Of a stretch of DNA of 64,000 bases, positions 58,014 to 64,000 are shown piece by piece. The notes below the pieces were generated by a model. It saw only the letters and a program-made list of their open reading frames with translations. It was not told the DNA's origin and made no database searches. Source of the stretch: Tricharina praecox (taxonomy: Eukaryota). The stretch covers positions 372,001 to 436,000 of the forward strand of contig NW_026250425.1 in the NCBI RefSeq assembly GCF_024521635.1. The letters are read 5' to 3'. Numbering within the stretch: position 1 is the first letter of the stretch; every line of letters begins with the position of its first letter. The position numbers and the translations under genes were made by a program.

Positions 58014-59225
58014 ATGGTGTATACCACGCAGGCAACCTTCTCGGGCGTCTCCCTGGACGCGGCGGGCCTCGTCGCCCTAGCCGACCTTTCCAGCATCGCG
58101 ACCCGAACCGCCATCGTCGGCTCGGCCTCCGCTCTCGACTCGCTATTTCTCGCTCCGGGAATCCACCGACAGCAGTTTACCGCCGAAGTGATCAACAACG
58201 GCGAGCAGCCGGCGACAGCCGCACTCACCACCGAATATGTCTTTCGCATCGAGAACCAGGCCACCGTGAGCTTCCTGCAGCGGGTCGGCGTGACGGGACA
58301 CCTCGTCAACCTCAAGGTGGAGCGGGATAAGACGCATAGGCTTTTCGATCGTTATTGCTTCAAGGGCGGGGTGTGGAGCTCGATCCTGTACCTGCTCGGG
58401 CCCGTCTTGACGGTGGTGTCGCTGGCGGTTCTGGGGGCGTTGGGTGATTGGTGGGGGTTGGGATCGGTTTCGGCGCTGGTCATTGCACGACTAATCAATG
58501 TCGTTGTGATGCGGAGGAGGAGTAAACTCGGATGGAAAGGTAGTCTGTCGCCCTTTGTTTCCTCGCGCTCGAGTCCGAGTTGTGCTTGTGGGTGTCAGTG
58601 AAGCTTCCACCCTCAAAGTGTCGTTCTCATGGATACATGAATCGGCCATGGGCAGGAGCTGAAGGCTGAAGCTCGGGGGTGGAGATGAGTCTTCTGTTTT
58701 TCTCGGTATGCTGACCTAATAATCGAATGCAAAGGGTTGGAAGAGCCAGGCGAAATCGGTGATCTTCTAGTGCTTGTCAGTCAAGACCGATGGATCCGCA
58801 TGCAGGGCCTGGTGAACGACCTCAAGACCGTCACGGCCGGCTCCTGGCTTCGAAACACGACATCGATGGAGGGCTTCGCGGTAGCACTCGCCACGCTGAT
58901 CGTCTACGCCACGGCGGCCCTCGCCGGCAACGCCACTCGAATCGGAAGCTTGATACTCCTAGGACTGTTGTTATGTTCGGCCGCGTTACTGGGTCTGAGC
59001 AACGAGGTTGCAACACATATGCACATGCATGGATGTCGGATCTCGATCGTTGGGGAAAAGAAGGCGTATGAAAGGAGGTTGGATATGGCGTTGGAGCTCA
59101 TACACGAAACCGGGAGGGAGGATTGGGCTATCGGGCTGGGGATGATCAATACACGGGCCGGGAGCGCGGCCCGCAGGGGTGAAAAGGTCGGGGAAAAGGT
59201 GGAAGTCAGAGCCTGTGTACTTTAG
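58014..59225 (+). CDS. Fungal multi-pass membrane protein of unknown function; intron 58540..58734
   Basis: Splicing gives GWKG-LEEPGEIGDLLVLVSQDRWIRMQGLVNDLKTVTAGSWL. Four hydrophobic segments and an N-terminal LDAAGLVALADL motif that I recall from fungal hypothetical proteins. Confidence 0.8.
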
Positions 59226-59580
59226 AGTGTCTGCTTGCTGTTGGATAGCCGTGACTCGGATTTGGACGGTTGGGATGGTAGTGGTGTTGGTAGCGGCGGC
59301 GTCGGTGACAGTCTGGACTGTTTTTTCTTTCTCGATTTTCGGTATCCATTTTCTTTCTGGGTTGGAGTTGAATGGTTGTTTGGATTTTGGACGAGGTATG
59401 GAGTTTGGAGGTGTAATTTCCAGGTACATAGAAGCAGAAATGGTACTGAGCGAGAGGAAGACCTGTCGGCGGGAGGAAACAAATGTGGTTAGTAGTGGGC
59501 ATCAACGTTGGAGGGAATCAACTTTGGCGGGCATAGCGGGGTCTTCTTCTTCTTCTTTCTTGATCATCATCTTCTTCTTG

Positions 59581-59820
59581 CTCGATCATCATCTACAGAA
59601 TAGACGATCAACCCCTATCACCTCTTTCTTTTTGGGCCTTATGTGTTCTCCTTCTTGCTCGATCATCATCTACAGAATAGACGATCAACCACAATCTCAG
59701 AATCTCCTCTTTTTCCTTGGACCTCATGTGATCTCCTTCCTACTCGATCATCATCTACAGCATAGACGATCAACCACAATCTCATCTTTCTCCTTAGACC
59801 TTGCGTGTTCTCCTTCTCTC
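59581..59820. repeat. Three-copy tandem repeat (period 77-85 bp) with a conserved 33-bp core
   Basis: Core CTCGATCATCATCTACAG(A/C)ATAGACGATCAACC at 59581, 59658 and 59743. Confidence 0.9.
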
Positions 59821-61967
59821 GGCCGGCCGCTTGCCCGGCTGGAGAGCCATTGACAAGGAGCCCTCGCAAAATCACAACGTTCGGTCCATGATTAAATCCA
59901 TTTTTCAACTCCGGCCTCAGTCTCGGTCTCATACCCGCTCAAGAACACGGCCGCAAGTATCCATCCATCCTAGGCCACGAGTATCCATCCATCCTAGATC
60001 CACCCGCAAAGAATTTGCGATGGCTGGTACATACGGCTGACTGGTGGATGGGGCTGACCTCTGGATCTTGCGTCCTGCGCCACGGCGGGGAGTCCGACAT
60101 GTGCATGTGTTTTGCTTGTTCTGACATAGGTAAGTAAGAAGTATCTTGATTCTACATACACCAGTCGACAGTGGGGATACGTGGTGGGGGATTATCCTTT
60201 CCGTTTGTCCTGCATTCCGCCTCGGATTTCGGTGATAGGCCACTGCTTACCCAAATACATGGTGCTTAGTTCCATAACCCATTCTGCCCAACTGTCATCG
60301 AGCGACCCGATGTGGCTTCTTTTCCCCGCCAGAGAAAGAGAGAGAGGTCTTCAGTTTATTTCGCATGCAGCCTACCTATCTAGACTATAGCAAACCGTCG
60401 TACTCCTTTCCTGCCCACTCTGGCCGGCCGGGGGTTGAGATCCCGTTACAATCCAGCACGATGTGGCGCCGCTGTCTTTTCCCCGCCATCTGCGTCTAAG
60501 ACACTGCACCTACAGCGAGTGATGTTGCATGAGTGTCCACCTCCGCCTCATTCGCTGTGGCTGTGGCTGTATTTGGGAAGTATCTCTGGAAAGAAAACCC
60601 GCTCATAATGTATTTCGGGTGGCAAATAACATCGGGTATGTAGGGCATCTCAGTACCGGTTGTCTCGATGTGCTTCTACGAAGGGTATGCGAATGTGTGC
60701 GCACCCTCGACGTGTCCAGCCTATCGATGAGTACTCTACGCAGCTCGGCCCGCATATGCATCCCCATTCGGTGGCTGGCAGCAAACAACAAAAATAAAAA
60801 CAAAGTCATCACGATTCACCCAGCCTCCCACCCCTCGGGATCTCTTTGTTAGGGATATCTGCGTCAAGATATAGGTAAGTACTTAAAGTACTTACATAAT
60901 TGATGTGATGTCCGCAGGGTCCGGCACAGGAACCAGCCCCATCGGGAGGGGGGGGCGCGGTGGAATGTTCTTTTCGCGGGCCGGGCAGGGCGGTAAAAGA
61001 GGGCCATTCAATTGGCCGTGTCGACACGGAGAAGAGGATATCGCGCCACGACGAACTCCACCACTCTACTGATGAATGGACCGATAGACGACGGAAGGTA
61101 TCTTTAGGCAAGACACCACGGGCGATGTCAATGCAGCCTGCAGTCGTTCATCTCTACATTCGAGGCGAGGCAGACAGGTTGACTCGTCCAACACCACGTA
61201 CCTACTCTTCGGCCATGCAAATCTGCCCCCTCCTTCACCACTCGCTGAGGTTTTTGTCTGATGTACATAGTACGTCTCAGAAATTCGACATGCTCATTGA
61301 CACCTCATCCAACGATGCTTTGCCAGCTGTCCGTTGCGGCCTGTCAGGACGCAGAATGCGGTTAGTTGGGTCAGCTCGTCTCATCCATGCGCAAAGAGAC
61401 AGCGGCCAGGCAGCGACTCCATCAATGTTTCTGGTCCGAGCCCGCAATGCGGTAGCACAGATAAGTGCGCACTCCTGACGATAGTCTACGTTGGCGATGC
61501 AGGTTGGGGCTGTCGGCGTGTGCATGGCTGGTAAGTGTTCAATCGACCAGTAACTTGTAAGTATGTACTAACCTTCTCCTCAAAGATCGTCTTAGTATAA
61601 GAAAACCTCAGTGGAGCAAGTTCTTACGATTCTTTCCTCACAGGATATTCAAATCCAAGCTCCTCCCCGTCTGTTCGCTACTCGGCTCCTGGCTCACTGT
61701 ATCGGATATATGGGCCCGCTCAGCTATTACTATAGTCGGCATACCCTTCTCCAGAGTCTTCCCGAGACCGATAGACACTGACCAATGGTCCCAACAGACA
61801 AACGGATATACGTACGAGTCAACGGCATCCAGCATACCAACGACCACCTAGGCAGATAGAATCCGGGAATACGCCTTCTGCCCGAACCCTTGCGCAGCAC
61901 TACCCTCCCTCCTTCCTTCCCTACTCGAATCACTGCTCCGCCGAGTCTCGGACACCCGTTCGACACC

Positions 61968-64000
61968 ATGCGTCATACAGAGTGTGAGGCCACTCAGCAC
62001 TTCCGGTCGTATCTCGGCCATGAAATCATGTGGATAGTCACCACCGCTGCCTTGGCAGTCCTTACCATCCGGCGGTATGTGCTTGCCGGTCATCGAAACG
62101 GAAACACCAGGTCTGAGGGAGAGACTGCCCCGAGCATGCCGGTGGTGGAGAACGAACCGGTGACAAATGACGACGAAGAGAAGAAGGAGGAGGCGTTTGA
62201 GAAGTTCCTGAAACGGCACATCTGCTTGCCGGATTACGAAGAGATCGTCAGGAGGGTCTTGAGAGAAAATGAAGCCCAGAAGAGGGAGGACGCTCGGAAG
62301 AAGTCTCAGATGCTTCTGCTCCAGCAGGAGAAACGCTCGGAAGAAATCGAGGAGAGAAAGAAGAAGCTGGTGAAAGTAGAGACGATCAGAGCAACCTCCA
62401 CGAAAGTCTCGAGCGGGTTCGAGGAAGAGAAGGAGGCCCAAGAGAATTTTGAGATAGAGATGGCCAAAAAAAGGAATATGCATAATGTGGTCGAGGTGTG
62501 GAGTAGAAGAACCTTGGCTACGAAAGAGGTGGGGGGAGAGGAGAGGGAGAGGCTTTTGAAGAATATCGTGGCCGACAAGTGGAAACTGAAACTCGCCGAG
62601 AAAAAGAAGATTGAGGAGAACAACAAGATGCTGATCGAGAAACAAAAGGCCGCCGAGGAAGAGAAGGTAAACAAGAGAAGGGTACACGTCCAGGTGGCGG
62701 CCAATAAGTGGATGATCAAAACGGCGGAACGCAAGCAGGCGGAGGACAAGATAGATGTTGAAATCGCGTCAAGGGCCGCCGAGGAACAGAGAACGAGGGA
62801 AAGGGTGGTAGTAGAGCTGGATGTAGCCGAAGAGAGGAATAAGAGAAGACAACGTGAATGGGTTGAGGAAGAGCGAAAAAAGGAGTGGGCGAGAATTGCG
62901 AGTCAGGGTAGAGAGGTTTGTCGATCCTCTCAATTGCGTCCTTTCTGGTGATCAATTGTTAACCTTTGTGCAGGACAAGTCCGGGGATACCAAACGCACT
63001 CAGCCACAGTCTGATGGAAAACAAACGGTCCTTACGGTCGAGCAAGCAATGGAGCCTTGCAAGCAGCTTGGAGAAGGGCAACTCCTATCGAAGCTCAACA
63101 TCGCGCTACATACTCAACACAGCGTCAACACGATCGAGGGTCTTACGGAAGCCCTTCGTTATTGCATTTCCCACGATTACGACTTCGGTACAGCATATGC
63201 CCTACTCCGGAATGGTTGGGAACGGCTCGGCGATGCGCATAGCAGCTTGACGGATAGACTCGCGGTCGAAGAGATCGATAACCGGAGACGAAAAGGGGAC
63301 AGGGACATGCTGAAAAGCGATGAAGACGGCCACCTTGCCATCATCGACCCAGTCACGGTTAAACCGAGAAGGATCTGGGATCTTTTGGCGCATCGGGTGG
63401 TTCCATACGACTCGGTTGACGCTTTTAAGACCAAGAAGCCATGGGCCATATCACATAGCTGGGTGGCCGACATAGAGACGGTGATGACGTCGGTCAACGG
63501 ATTCGAGTGGCCGGTACCCCTACCCAAGGACGTAACTCTCGAAGCCGTTCGAGACGAACTGTTGGATGCCGGCGCCGAGTACTGCTGGCTCGACATTCTT
63601 TGCCTGAGACAGGTATCCGATTCCAAATCATTCGAGCATCTACGGAGTTTGGAATGGGAGATCGACGTGCCGACCATTGGAAACGCGTACTTGGGAAACG
63701 GCAAGGTGGTTCGATATTACAACGGTCTCGGGAGGCCGTTTGAAACTTCTGGATGGGGCGACGTTCACCACTGGTCAAACCGCGCATGGACTCTCCAAGA
63801 GTTCAAAAGCGAGTCTATTGTCGGAGGGGTGGCTAATCCGGCGGGACTTCCTACACGCAAGATCGCCGATGGCCGATTCAGTGGCCAGTCGATGAAACAA
63901 TACGAAGCCCATTGGGACAGCATCTCGAAGCTCTTGGAGTACCGGACGCCCACTACTCCCCACAGCGGTCTCAATGAAAACCCAAATCGGGCAATCAGAA
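61968..64000 (+). CDS. N-terminal TM anchor + charged coiled coil + HET-like domain protein; intron 62916..62973; runs off the window end (start may be 62028)
   Basis: Exon 2 is open from 62974 to 64000 and absent from the ORF track: YDFGTAYALLR..PRRIWDL..RVVP..WAISHSW..NGFEWPVPLP..EYCWLDILCLRQ..EWEIDVPTIG..YYNGLGRP..HWSNRAWTLQE. SHxW, WxDxxCxxQ and RxWTLQE are HET-domain hallmarks. Confidence 0.85.

Noticed and set aside
59581..59820. Repeat-spacer array resembling CRISPR
   Set aside because: The linkers are diverged copies of one another, so this is a tandem duplication.

Overview
Eukaryotic DNA from a filamentous ascomycete. Introns are short, with GT..CTRAC..YAG signals; Pezizomycetes is a guess. 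No CRISPR array, rRNA or tRNA was recognised. About 16 spliced protein genes can be rebuilt, in order: RecQ/Sgs1 helicase (5'-truncated), Arp4, a GPI-anchored Ser/Thr-rich wall protein, fumarylacetoacetase, a 770-aa secreted protein of unknown function, a 158-aa stand-alone TFIIS-central-domain-like protein, a full-length METTL3/Ime4-type m6A methyltransferase, Cdc25, nucleolar FKBP, an Isd11/Hem14 head-to-head pair, a PDR ABC transporter, alternative oxidase, acylphosphatase, a membrane hypothetical protein, and a TM + coiled-coil + HET-like gene that runs off the window end. Mobile DNA comprises a clean PIF/Harbinger-type MITE, a hAT transposase relic and weaker inverted-repeat relics. The best candidate for an undescribed system is the 20.1-24.0 kb block. 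There a divergent but motif-intact Ime4/METTL3 gene (DPPW split by an intron, so invisible in the ORF track) lies 585 bp downstream of a lone TFIIS-like domain gene. It also has a 37-bp minisatellite leader, an internal exon+intron tandem duplication and a possibly recoded UAG stop. All family calls are by eye and from memory; no searches were run.
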